Shown here: one piece after another, positions 40,346 through 53,240 of the stretch
Layout of the letters: each line of letters opens with the position of its first letter
Numbering within the stretch: the stretch's first letter is position 1
Assembly: GCF_001194135.2 (NCBI RefSeq)
Contig: NC_068982.1
Coordinates: forward strand, 186,736,346-186,800,345
Length of the DNA: 64,000 bases
Direction of reading: 5' to 3'
Source of the DNA: Octopus bimaculoides
Lineage: Eukaryota
Position numbers and translations under genes: made by a program
Notes under the pieces: model-generated
The model's database searches: none
The model's input: only the letters and a program-made list of their open reading frames with translations
Told to the model about the DNA's origin: nothing

Positions 40346-40476
40346 AGATCGAACTCCATCCTTCACCAAAAGCCGCTCCGACAAAGGTGGAAAGTAGAAA
40401 GATGATCACATTGGCGGTGCTCCAGCATGGCCACAGTCATTGGACTGAAACATATAAAAGAATTTTTAAAATGTAC

Positions 40477-41040
40477 AGAAGCACCCAGTGAAGGATCATA
40501 ATGGAATACCTGTCTTACAAGCCTCCCTGCAACTATAACCAAATCCAGACCAGTGAAAAATCCTCAGATTGTCTTTATTAAAAGCAATAATCACTTCTTG
40601 AAATGTAACTTTTCTAATGACAACTTTATAAAATGCGATGAATGCTTGATTTTGAAATTCCTGTCTCATGACTAGTTTGTCAATACCTTTTTAGTATCCA
40701 TTCTTGCTTTGTGGAGCTCATCAATGTCCACAGTGTTCTGGAACATTTCTCATAGGCATTCCTCTAAAGTATGCATACATTTTTGGAGGACACCGTGTCT
40801 GTTTTAGTATAAATGCTTTAAAATGTCTAACAACATTTTTTTTTTAACCATTATAATCACATCTATAAGGTATATTTTGTTTGTATCTTCCAGAAGCTGA
40901 TGAGGAGGAGGAGGAGGAAATCGATTTAGCTAGACCTTTGGGCATTATACCAGGTAATGCTATGTATTGCTAAGTGCCTCTCTTTCGTTTAGTTTACAAC
41001 ATATCACATTTATCACTAGAGAATTTAAGAAAAACCCTGA
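40477..41040 (+). repeat. Segmental duplication unit, copy 2 (contains exon B)
   Basis: Direct sequence identity to 37434-38010. Confidence 0.95.
40894..40953 (+). CDS. Duplicated-type exon B (E-ADEEEEEEIDLARPLGIIP)
   Basis: Same acceptor sequence as exon A, donor CAG|GTAATG, 60 nt, phase 1-1. The 12-nt length difference from A is a frame-preserving GAG expansion. Confidence 0.78.
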
Positions 41041-42140
41041 CAAAGGCATCATACTATCTGCCTTTCACTCTGAGAGAGACCCTTTGTTGCCAGCAGGGGT
41101 AGGAGCTCTCTGAACTTTGCCCAGCCTAATCTTATTCTCACAGCTACGCTCTTGGAGCATCCACCTCCACTACTAACTTGGTCACCTAGATAACGGAAGC
41201 TATTTACTGTCTCTAGCTTACCCAACTGACAGTTGATGGAGTCTATTTTCTGTACATTTCCAGTGTTTATTGTACCTGCGCACCTTCCACATACAAAAGT
41301 TATTTTCCCACTTAACCTTGCCCTGGTATTGCTGTACCTCTTATACGTTCATAGCTTACACCAGGTGCATAGAAAAGGCATAGGTATGCCTTTTCTATGG
41401 ATCAAGCAGGGCCATCTACCTGAAGAGATTCGTGATTTGTCTGCCTTCCTACTAACTAAGACTTTGGTTTTTGCTAGGTTAACTCTAAAGCCATTCAATT
41501 CTAGACCTTGTTCCCATACTTGGAACTTCTTCTCTAGTTCTGGTAGTGATTCAGCTATAAAAACAAGATTGTCAGCATAGAGAAGTTCCTAGGGGCAGCC
41601 TGTCTTGAATTCCTCTGTTTTTGCTTGGAGGACTATGATTAACAAAAGGGGGCTGGGAACCGATCCTTGGAAAACCCCTATTTGTACTCTGAATTCCTTG
41701 CCGTACTTGCTGCCAACTCTCACCTTACTGATAGCGTCCCTATACATGGCTTCTACAGCTCTGACCAACCATTCATTTATCCCTAGTTTTTGCATTGATC
41801 ACCAGATAAGGGATCAGGGGACCCTGTCAAAGGTTTTCTCCAAGTCAACAAAAGCCCAGTACAAAGGTTTATCTTAGGCTATATATTTCTCCTACAGCTA
41901 CCTTACCAAAAATATAGCATCAGTGGTACTTCTCCCTGACACAAAACCAAACTGCATCTCATCTAGACTAACTCTCTTCCTAATTAGTTGGGCTTCTCTG
42001 TAACTTTCATCTCCTGATTCAACAATTTGATACACCTGTAATTATTTCTGTCTAAGGCGTCACCTTTACCTTTGTAGCAGTTGATTATGGTGCTGCTACA
42101 CCAGCCACTGGGTATGACTACTTTGTGAGTCACACCCTGA
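41040..42140 (-). mobile_element. RTE LINE RT fragment inserted between exons B and C
   Basis: MQKLGINEWLVRAVEAMYRDAISKVRVG...GVFQGSVPSPLLLIIVLQ. Confidence 0.9.
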
Positions 42141-42384
42141 TTTACAATACAGGTGACTATATGAATATGTAATATATATTTAGTTATTTTGGTGGGGTTG
42201 TTTGTGTGTGTGTGTGTATTTGTGTGACTTTCAACATATAGACAAGACAGACTTTAAAAAAAGACCTTCACTTTAACAATTTATGTAGGCATGTGCATGA
42301 TTAACAAATGTTTTTACCAGCAGTGTAGCATCAAGCAACAACCTAGTTATATCTAAAAAATATATTTTATTTATATTTTACCAG

Positions 42385-42453
42385 TGCTTGACTATGGACC
42401 TCGCATGGATGCAATTAAGAGAAAACCAGCTAAGAAATATCCCACGATGCAAG
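42385..42453 (+). CDS. Duplicated-type exon C (V-LDYGPRMDAIKRKPAKKYPTMQ)
   Basis: Acceptor tatattttaccAG, donor AAG|GTAATG followed by the same ttatgtattgctaagtgcctctc motif, 69 nt, phase 1-1, open. Confidence 0.75.
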
Positions 42454-43145
42454 GTAATGTTATGTATTGCTAAGTGCCTCTCTTTCGTTTAGTTTACATG
42501 TCACATTTATCACTAGAGAATTAGAGAAATTCTATTAACTTATTATTTAAAAAAAATTTATCTGTCGTAATTCATGAACAAGACTGTTATAGGCATAGGA
42601 GTAGCTGTGTGGAAAGTAGCTTGCTTACCAACTACATGGTTCCGGGTTCAGTCCCATTGCATGGCACGTTGGGCAAGTGTCTTCTACTATAGCCCCGTGC
42701 TGATCAAAGCCTTGTGAATGGATTTGGTAGACGGAAACTGAAAGAAGCCCGTCGTATATATGTATATGTATGTGTATGTATATGTTTGTGTGTCTGTGTT
42801 TGTCCCCGCAACATCGCTTGACAATCGATGCTGGTGTGTTTACATCCCTGTAACTTAGCGGTTCGGCATAAGAGACCGATAGAATAAGTACTAGGCTTAC
42901 AAAGAATAAGTCCTGGGGTTGATTTGCTCGATTAAAGGCGGTGCTCCAGCATGGCCACAGTCAAATGACTGAAACAAGTAAAAGAGTTACGTGTTTCCAA
43001 TGAACCAAACACTGGTTCCAAGCATTTTTGATGTTGAGGGTAACAAGTAACAAAGTATTTTTCTTGGCAGTGTTTAATTCTTTTGCTGATAAACATAAAT
43101 GAATGGCATACACACAACAACATACCTATATACATTCAAACAAAC

Positions 43146-44580
43146 TGTTATATCTCACGTTCGGATGGTGTGCCTTCACCAATATCATACCTCTACCTAA
43201 CTACCGAACTCTCACTTCCAACGACACGACTCAACAGAACTTGATGTCTAGACTACCAACAGCTCCAGCTCGCTCTACTCAACGCTTCTCGTCTAGCTAT
43301 CACGTCCACTATTCATACGTATTGGACTAGCCTACTTATCGTCTGGGGGTATCCACATAACACCTCCCCCTTTTGAGAGTTTTTTTTTTCTAAACCTGAA
43401 TTTATCAATTTTATTTCCTTGGTGAGAAACTGGTGTATTTTTTTCTCTTAGCGTTAATCTCCATCATTTCTGTAGGTTTTCTTTTCCTGTTTGACCTGTG
43501 TCAGTTCTGCTTCTGCTTGTGGTTCTGGGACCTCAAACAAATCATACCGTATATCCATTGGTTCCTCTCGCCTCTCTTGATTTTTGGTATATCTTTTTTT
43601 TAATTGGTTTATATGCCTTCTGTGTTCATATTTTGGTCCTTTTACCATGTACATTACGTTACCCAGATGTCCAGTTAAACATCCTTGTTCTCAGTCATGT
43701 TTTCCGTTTCTATATATTCAAAAATACACTTCATCACCCATGTTAAAAAATTTCGTTTTTCTTCCCGACCTGCATTTCATCTGTATAAACCCAATTTTAC
43801 CACACTTAAAACAGGTTTTATCTTTAAAGGGGCAATCTTTCCTCAAATGTCGGTCTCCGCAACCATAGCACTGTTTTGAATTGATATATTTTCTTCTGTC
43901 TGTGCTTTTTTACACATTTATACATTATTACTATTATTGTCTTCTATTTTTCTTGTATCATCTTCGAAGGTTGATTATTTGTTGGCATTCCTCAGCCACT
44001 TTCTGCAAGGTTAGTTTCACATCTTGATTCAGCTTTTACTCTTTTACTTGTTTCAGTCATTTGACTGTGGCCATGCTGGAGCACCGCCTTTAGTCGAGCA
44101 AATCGACCTCAGGACTTATTCTTTGTAAGCCTACTACTTATTCTATTGGTCTCTTTTGCCGAACCGCTAAGTTACGGGGACATAAACACACCAACATTGG
44201 TTGTCAAGCGATGGTGGAGGGACAAACACAGACACACAAACAAACACACACACATATATAAATACATATATACGATGGGCTTCTTTCAGTTTCCGTCTAC
44301 CAAATCCACTCACAAAGCTTTGGTCGGCCCAAGGCTATAGTAGAAGACACTTGCCCAACGTGCCATGCAGTGGGACTGAACTCGGAACCATGTGGTTGGT
44401 AAGCAAGCTTCTTACCACACAGCCACTCCTGCGCCTGATAATATTCTTTTTCTAATTTCTGCATCTTCCATTGCCACCAGCCCTTTTACGAATATTAGGC
44501 AGTTGAACATATCTGGCGTTAATTCTTCCAGCTTAAACCTTTCACAAGCCTTATTAACTATACGGTTATGTCGTGTTTGA
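43146..44580 (-). mobile_element. Internally deleted Ty3/Gypsy element: gag remnant (split by a SINE at 44035-44435), integrase C-terminus, PPT and 217-bp 3' LTR (43146-43362)
   Basis: LTR termini TGTTAT...ATAACA, preceded by PPT AAAAGGGGGAGG. Gag VNKACERFKLEELTPDMFNCLIFVKGL and knuckles CYGCGDRHLRKDC / CFKCGKIGFIQMKC. IN tail GDEVYF..YRNGK...GNVMYMV...RRHINQLK. Confidence 0.85.
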
Positions 44581-44819
44581 GGAGAAGACCCATCAAGCTA
44601 AGTAAAATCAAAGTCATGGCAGATACCGGTGTCACACAAATGGCACCTGTACCGCTGGCACACAAAAGTACCCATTATGCTCTCGGAGTGGTTGGCATTA
44701 GGAAGGGCATCCAGCCATAGAAGCCATGCCAAATCAGACTGGAGTCTGACGCAGCCTTCCAGCTTGCCAGCCCTGGTCAAACCGTCCCAACCCATGCCAG
44801 CATGGACAACGGACGCTAA

Positions 44820-44854
<35 letters not shown>

Positions 44855-46070
44855 TGGAATTCTCCATTTTTATATTGCAGAGCTTGAAAAACTTGATAAA
44901 AAGCCGCTTCCTAAGGGAGTAAGTATTCTCTTAAGTAACTTATCTGCTTATACTGTTTTCTAGGGCTCTCTTTTGAAGAAGATAACAATCCACTCTGATT
45001 CAGATGCCAATCTGCTTAGGTGGACTTAGCCATTGGTTCATGCCTCCAGAATGCACTTCCACTTTCTTTCAATCACATTGTCATACGTTGCGTTTTGCTT
45101 GTACTTTTTTTCGTTCATTTTGGAAATGTTTGTATTGTTACACACATACATGTTAACACTATCACATTCATGCACCATACCATGCCTTTCTTGTTTGTTT
45201 TCCATCCTCCCTCAGTAAGACCCTAGATCCGTTACGTATACATAGAGAAAGTTGTCCTTCCTCTACAACGCGCCACATGCCTCACTCTTGCTCCTGCACA
45301 TTTCAAGCTGTTTAATACCTCATGCATTGGCTGAAATATCCAGCACTGCCTTAAGCATTGGTATATTCAACACTGTATTTGTAATCACTGCATTAGCATA
45401 CTACCTCAGCCATGAGCCCTTTTGCACACACGCACACGCAACTCTATTATGCGTCTATTATCTTGTTTTTCAACACGTTTGTGCCAGCTCACTCCTTTCC
45501 CGACTCGATGCACATCAGATATTCACTTGTTCTGTGCTCATGCCTAGACATAATTTCCCCCTGTTAGACCTTTGTTTGGTCATGTAATGAATGGAGAAAA
45601 TTACCTGTCTTGTGCATCACCCCCGCATGCTACACTGCCGTTCTTGCTAACCCCAGCAATTACCCACAACAACAGCACCAAACACATTTCGCTTCTGAAA
45701 GACCTTCATGGCATTTCATACACTGCAATCCTGCAGGAAGATCTTCGATATCATGGATTGAGAATACACTCATTCGATCACCTGAGATCATTTTACAGTG
45801 AATTTTGATACGTGCACCTGCACTTGTGTATACGCCCTCACGCATACGCGCGCACTAGCTCATTTCTGCTGTACTGCTCAGTCACTGACTGCACACATTT
45901 TGGCATGCAAAGCGACACCGCTATTCAGACTCACTTGAATAAATATCTGTCCTGTATACACTTCAATGGTCCTCTCTCCTCATATGCAAAACTTTTCCTC
46001 AGTCATGCATTTCTTTCTCTTCTTCAGTCGTTTGTTTCCTTTTCTTAGAACCTCTCTGGAGCGGGAGTGA

Positions 46071-47225
46071 TGTAGTAGCTTCATGCAGGTTTGGTGTGGA
46101 TTCAATCCTCAATCACCAAATTTCAATTAACACTTCAACAGCACTTTTCTCACAGTAAAACAATAGTTTTTCTGTGAGTGACAGCAGTTACATTTGCCAG
46201 ATGCCTTCGCTAAGCAAAATAATGTCTTTGCCACTTGACCTTTCTAACCTCTTCTAGTCCACCAAAAGCAAGAATAGAGATAACAGACCACTAATGAAAT
46301 CTATTGTTCTAGCTGGTTTTGGATAGTTATAAAAACTAGAATTTTCTAAGGCAAAATCAGTGTGTGAGAGCAACCATCAGTTAGTGAACAGAGACCAATT
46401 AGAGTCATAGCCACAAGCAGGTAGCCACTAAAGACAAACGGCCAGAGGGAGAAAGAAGGTTACAACCAGCCAACTATGACACACAATGACCTCGACTCTA
46501 TAATTTTTACTGTCTCTCTTTTCTCTTACAACATCATTCTATCACTATCTATGGTTAAGCACGTATAGGAAAGTGGTTATACACCATTAGGTGTACACCC
46601 GCTTTCCTATATTAAATCTGTAGAAACAACGGAACGCAGATTCTGAACTATCAACACAACAATATTTATTTACAGAGGAAATTGGCAGCACTTCGCCCTT
46701 TGGTTGCTGAGACGCCGTCAATGATGTTGAGAGGTTATTTGTCTAGCTCCAGAGTTGGAATGTTGGAAAGAGACTGTCTCCAGAGTTGGAATGTTGGAGA
46801 CACTGCTTGACACGTCCATGTTCATGGCCGGCCAGCCGAGAAAGAGCATGAATTGAGCGGGAACGTTTAGATGTTGAATTCCACGCATGCACATGGGACT
46901 CTTCCAGTGTTCCTTCCGGAACTATTCCCTGCGCATGCGTAGATGAAAACGCAGTAATGGCGACTGTACCTTGGCACCAAATGACGTCACTACACACGTA
47001 TACATACATACCGGATGAAATTAACTCTTTTTACCTCGCATGCTTTTCCATTTACTAATTATACATACCAACCTGTCGTGGTTTTGGATATATACAAAGT
47101 AACAATAAATAAATATTTCTTTACAACTTCGATCATTCTTCTTTCATTTTGCACATCTGCAACAGCAACACTCGTTACAGTCGCTAACTGCCAACTCCAA
47201 CATAATATCATAATACCAGCTGTCA
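46071..47225 (+). mobile_element. Putative LTR preceded by a PPT and followed by a tRNA-Trp-like PBS; the upstream 44900-46070 may be its internal 3' region
   Basis: GGAGCGGGAGTGA|TGTAGT at 46058-46076; AATAAA near 47104; TGGTGACCCTCGAC at 47230-47243. An alternative end is CGTTACA at 47267. Confidence 0.55.
46619..46994 (-). mobile_element. Nested solo LTR, 376 bp
   Basis: Perfect termini TGTAG...CTACA, AATAAA on the minus strand near 46667, and a GCGCATGCG motif as in the 19263 LTR. No 4-6 bp TSD directly at the ends. Confidence 0.6.
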
Positions 47226-47289
47226 GAATTGGTGACCCTCGACTGCAATGAAGAACTAACCGTTACATATATATAGCTCAAAGCTACAA

Positions 47290-48050
47290 CCTCTGTTAAT
47301 AACAAAGAGCCTCTCCTTCAGAATGGAAGACAGATTGTATGATGCTTGGGTACAAACAGCCATGCTACATGGCAGTGAGACATGGAGCATGACTACTGAG
47401 GACATGTGAAGGTTTGAAAGAAATGAAGCCAGCATGCTCCTCTGAATGTGCAGTGTCAGTGTGTATGTACAACAGAGTGCTAGTGGTTTGGGAGAAAAAC
47501 TGTGTATATGAAGCCTCAGATGTAGTGTGCAAGAGAGAAAACAGCACTGGTATAGCCATGTAATGCATATGGATGAGGATAGTTGTGAAAAGAAGTGCCA
47601 ATCTTTAAGTGTGGATGGAATGTGTGGTAGACCCAGGAAGACATGGAAGGAAGTAGTGAGAAAGAATCTTCAGACATTAGCTCTCATGGAGGGTACGACA
47701 AGGGACTGAGATTTCCGGTGGTTTGCTGTGCTTAAGAAGACATGTCAACCTAAGTAAAATCATAGTTGTCCTCACATACAGGTATGTCCCCTACATCCCT
47801 CTCCAACTGAGCAAGCCTAGTCTTGTGGGCTTGTGGGTATTGGTACCACATAAAAAGCACCTGTGGTGGTTCTGTGTAAATGCACACAGTACACTCCGTA
47901 AAATGGTTGGCATTGAGAAGGGCATCCAGCCATAGAAACCATGCCAAAACTGACTGGAAGCTGGTGCAGCTCTTCAGCTGGCCGGCTCTTGTCAAACTGT
48001 CCGATCCATGCCAGCATGGAAAATGGACACTAAATAATAATGATGATGAT
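47290..48050 (+). mobile_element. RTE LINE 3' fragment with tail
   Basis: Aligns with 21360-22270 (MLHGSET, HVMHMDEDS, GRPRKTW). Confidence 0.85.
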
Positions 48051-48911
48051 GTATTATAATAGTCCTTCAGTTACCTCCTGTTTAAGTCCGGTCAACAAAA
48101 TAAAACTGTTGCTTAACAAAATAAATAAATCTCAGGGTCACCACTGAATATATAAACATGGTTCAGACTAGAAGTAATTGAATCAGTAATTTTTACAGTC
48201 AGGTTTTCTAATGACTAATTGTCTGTTTGCAGAATAGCACAAATTATTCTGTTGAGGTGGAGACAGGAAAATATCTATGCAAAACAGTTTTTATCGTCGA
48301 CATCATCATCAGTTTAAACAAACTAACCACACGGAATCAATATAAAGTCTGTCCTGATTGACATCTTATAAATTAAGAAATGAAAGCCACAAATCATGTT
48401 CTGTGGAATTGTCATTGCATTATTTTACCAACAAGGTCAAGGCAGCGGCCTGACAGAACCGTTAGCATGCCGGACCAAATACCTAATGGCATTTCATGTG
48501 ATTTTATGTTCTGAGTTCAAATTCTGCCAAGGTCGACTTTGCCTTTCATCCTTTCAAAGTCGATAAAAAAAGTACCAGTTCAACACTGGACTCGATGTAA
48601 TCGACTCATTCCCTCCCCAACAATTGCTGGCCTTGTGACTAAATTTGAAACCATTATTTTACCAACAAGGCAGCAAGCTGACAGAACCATTAGCGTACCA
48701 GGCGAAATGCTTAGCAGCATTTCATCTGACATTATGTTCTGGGTTCAAATTCTGCTGTGGCTGACTCTGCTTTTCATTCTTTCAGAGTTGATAAAATAAG
48801 TACCAGTTATGCACTGGGATCAATGTAATCAACTTACCCCTACCCTCACTGAAATTACTGGTCTTGGGCCAAAAATTGAAACCAATATTAAACCAAATTC
48901 TATCAAGATCC

Positions 48912-48962
<51 letters not shown>

Positions 48963-49514
48963 GTTTAACATCCATTTTCCAAGCTCGCATGGGTTGGACG
49001 GTTTGACTGAGGTCTGGAAAGCCAGCGGCTGCACCAGACTCCAATCTGATGCAGCAATGTTTCTATAGCTGGGTGCCCTTCCTAATGCCAACCACTCCGA
49101 GAGTGTAGTGGGTGCTTTTTATGTGCCACCAACACAGGAGCCAGTCATGTGAGCCTAACATCAATCATGTTCAGATAGTGCTTTTTACGAGCCACCGGCA
49201 TGGGACCCAGTCAGCAGGTACTGGCATCAGCCACGTTCGGATGATGCTTTTTATGTGCCACTGGAATGGGAGCCAGTCAGCGGATACTGGCATCAACCAT
49301 GTTTGGATGATGCATTTTATGGGCCACCGGAAAGGGAGCCAGTTAGATGGCACTGGCCACAGCTACGATTTTGGTTTTACTTGACTCAACATATCTTCTC
49401 CAGCATATATCGCCTGACGCATCCAGGGTACTCCTATCTATCTATATATCTATATATATGTGTGTGTGTGTGTGTATTTTTTATATTTATGGAGGAAATT
49501 AAAAGAAAATGATA

Positions 49515-49705
49515 CAGGATGGGCCAAAAGTCACAAAGGAATTTGAAATTTTAATAAATTTTAAAAATTACTTGAGATGTGATTTTTCACACCTAGCATG
49601 CATTCATTTCCTATATAAACTGTATATAATGTTATGGTAAATTTAAAACAAAGAAAAAGGAGTTATTGAATTCTGAGATCCCTTTGTGACTTTTGACCCT
49701 TTCTG
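49515..49705. mobile_element. Tc1/mariner-type MITE, 191 bp
   Basis: Imperfect TIRs CAGGATGGGCCAAAAGTCACAAAGG / CCTTTGTGACTTTTGACCCTTTCTG with TA at both ends. Confidence 0.7.
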
Positions 49706-50940
49706 TATATGACTAAACGTTGTTGTAATTTCTTCGAACATTCTTTAACTAGAAGTAGCGACCCTGAAATTTTGAACAAGCAGCCAAGTTTCCGATTAAA
49801 CAACTATGAAGTATTTTAAATTTATGAACCGGAGGCTTTTGAACACATTTTTCTAATTACACTAATACTTTGTGAGAATATCACCACATTCCTTTTCTTT
49901 TTTTTTTTTTTACTACAGTCACAAAATTTTCAGTAACTTCAGGTTTTACTGTTTATTACAATAGCAAAACTAAGTCATTTTATTCTGTCTGCCATCAAAT
50001 TAAAACTGTTTTTCACATGGACTGCCAAAACCAATCTAGTTCACTGTTTCCCACAACTTGAAGTCATTTACACAGTCACTAGACACTACACATGCCTATT
50101 TTTCTGTTCCTGATTTACATTCTGGTCACAACAATGTATAAGCTGTTACTTTACTCATTTCATGAGCTAAATGCTAGACTTGGTCTTAGCCGCCACAGAA
50201 CTCTAGAAAGCAGACATTCTAAAAAGGAGGAGCTGGACAATTTGTAGATGGTCAATAGTTGTTTATAACATGGCTGTGTGGGAAGAAACTTGCTTCTAAA
50301 CCAGTCCCACTGTGTGGCACCTCAGGCAAGTGTCTTCTACTAAAGCTGTGCAAGTGGGTTTGGTAGATGAAAAGTGAAAGAAGACCAACATGTGTGTGTG
50401 TATGTGTGTATGTGTGTGTGTGTATGTGTGTGTGTGTGTGTTTATCACCCACCATAGCTTGACAACTGGTGTTGGTGTGGTCCATCAAAACTTAGTGATT
50501 CGTCAAAACTTAGTGGTTCATCAAAAGAGACCAATAGAATAAGAACTGGGCTTTAAAAAAGATTCTGGGCTCAATTCGCTCGGCTAAAAACTTTTCAAGA
50601 TGGTGCCCTAGTGGGGCCACAGTTTAATGATTGAAACAAGCAAAAGATAGACCATAGCTGAATTATAACCTGGCTCTTAAAATGAAAACCTTATCTTATG
50701 TGTATTTCAGTTTCGTAATTTATCNNNNNNNNNNNNNNNNNNNNNNNNNNNNNNNNNNNNNNNNNNNNNNNNNNNNNNNNNNNNNNNNNNNNNNNNNNNN
50801 NNNNNNNNNNNNNNNNNNNNNNNNNNATAAAGTTGCCAGCTCCTGATAAACGATTGAGCATTTCTACTCAAGTTAAGATACAAGGTAAACCATAAATTTA
50901 CATTGTTTACATTAATATACTGTCTACATTTTCTTTGTGG

Positions 50941-51320
50941 AGGTGCAATGGCTCAGTGGTTAGGGCAGCGAACTCACAGTCATAGGGTCGTGGTTTTGAT
51001 TCCCAAACCAGACATTGTGAGTGTTTACTGAGTGAAAACACTGAAAGCTCCGCGAGGCTCCGGCAGGAGTTGGTGGTGAACCCTGCTGTACTCTTTCACT
51101 ACAACTTTCTCTCACTCTTTCTCCCTGTTTCTGTTGTACCTGTAATTCAAAGGCGCCAGCCTTGTCACACTCTGTGTCACTCTGAATCTCCCCAAGAACT
51201 ACATTAAGGGTGCACATGTCTGTGGAGTACTCTGCCACTTGCATGTTAATTTCACGAGCAGGCTGTTCGGTTGATCGGATCATCTGAAACCCTCATTGTC
51301 GTAACCAACGGAGTGCCATA
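50941..51320 (+). mobile_element. tRNA-headed SINE family D (related copies at 2880-3180(-), 12600-12745(-), 31600-31782(-))
   Basis: A-box TGGCTCAGTGG in the head; body ccagccttgtcacactctg...gttgatcggatc is the reverse complement of 2880-3050. Confidence 0.75.
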
Positions 51321-52719
51321 GTAGTAACATTTACTTTGATAACCACTTATATATTTTAATTAATTCAGTACTAAGGATGGGACAAACCCATTGTTGTTTT
51401 AACTTAGTAACGATAAAACCAAAAGAGAAAGTTCATTTGGTTGAACAATGTTTTAATGTAATCTTTGCTAAAATACCAATATTTCACTTAAATTCCAAAA
51501 TAATCATGAATTTACTCTGACTTTATAAAACAACTCTAGTGATTTTATTTATTGATATATCATAGGCACTCATGCCAGTGGGGCACTTGTGCCAGTAGAA
51601 TGTTAAAAGCACATCCGAGCGTGATCATTGCCAGGGCCATGGATTGGCTCCTGTGCCAGTGGCATGTAAAAAGCACCATTTGAGCATGATCATTGCCAGC
51701 GTCGCCCTAGTGGCACATGTGCCGGTGGTACGTGAGAAACAACATTCAAGATTGATGGAAACTGAAAGAAGCTCATCATATGCATTTGTGTGTGTGTGTG
51801 TGTGTGTTTCTTTCTCTGTCTGTCCCTCACCACTTCTTGACAACGAGTGTTGGTTTGCTTATGTCCCTGAAACATAGCAGTTTGTCAAAAGAGACTGGTA
51901 GAACAAGTACCAGCCTTGAAATAAAATTACTGGGATTAGTTCATGTAACCAAAATTCAATTAAAAGTCTAATGACCAAATTGAGTAAAAGTTAATATACA
52001 AATCTATGTCAGAATGTTTGTCTCAAAACCATTCTAATTACAGGTAAATTCAATGAAATGTAAACTCAATTAAATTTTACTGAAATATTACCATGAGTCA
52101 TTAATTAACATTCGCCTGTAATAAATAACAGAATTGTACAAGACAAAAATTGTGCATTTTAATGGGTTTTTAATTGAACTTGACAAAAACCAACCTTATA
52201 TGCAAAGAATATCATAGTCTTCTTAATAAGGTAAATCTGGTTTATGCCTTTACTTCCACACCTGGCTGAATCTTAAACAATGACAAAATTCTAAAATCAA
52301 ATCAAAATAAATCTCGTCTCTCTGTCTTTATACCTACACAAACACTACAAACATATGTGCCACTGGCACTGAACCCAGTCAAGGTGGCGCTGGCATCAGC
52401 CACATTTGGATGGTGCTTTTTATGTGACTAAAAGTACAAGGAAGAAAATTATATTTTGGTTACACTACGGCGCACCTAGCATCATCTCATGGCATGCCAG
52501 TGTGCTATGGCATACCGGTTGCAGAGCCCTGTTCTACACACGTACAAGGAACAAGGTCTCAGACAGACAAATGTGGCTTCTGTACTGGACTAAGAGAGAA
52601 GTCACTGACAATGTTGCAAATGGGTATGAAAGAGATTTGATGAATACAACAAAAAACAAAACAAACAATTGACTGTTTAACCAATAAGTTAAACAAACAA
52701 TTGATTAGTTATTTGCATA

Positions 52720-53240
52720 GATCTTAGGGTTTGGGGAAAATCTGGGCAAGTAAAAGCATTGGTTTGAAAATAAAACTGCATCTATACAGCACCATCGTGT
52801 TACCTAAAGCACTGTATGCCAGTGAAACTTGGAAAGTAACATCAACAATATCTACGAAACTGGATGTATTCCATCAGAGGTGCTTGCGGAAAATATTGAA
52901 GATCTCCTACTGCGACCACATCACAAATGCTGCAGTCCTCCAGCGAGCACAGTCAAGTAGGTTGCAAGACATCGTGGCAGAGAGAAGAATGAGACTAGCC
53001 AGACACATTTTCCCGCATGCCAGACCAACGGCACACCAAAGCAGCATTTAGATGGGAACCATCTGGCGGAAAGAGAAAGAGAGGAAGACTAAAAACAACA
53101 TGGCGCAGATCGTTCAAAGCAGACATAGCAGTAATAAACAGAAAATGGGAAAACATTGAGAGAGAGGCTGACGATAGAGATCAGTGGAGATTGTTGTCTG
53201 CCCAATGCGCCACCAGACGCAGGATGGACTAAGGAACTAA
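52720..53240 (+). mobile_element. RTE-clade LINE 3' fragment, a different subfamily from the dominant RTE
   Basis: LYASETWKVT...KLDVFHQRCLRKILKISYCDHITN; GKRKRGRLKTTWRR. Confidence 0.85.
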
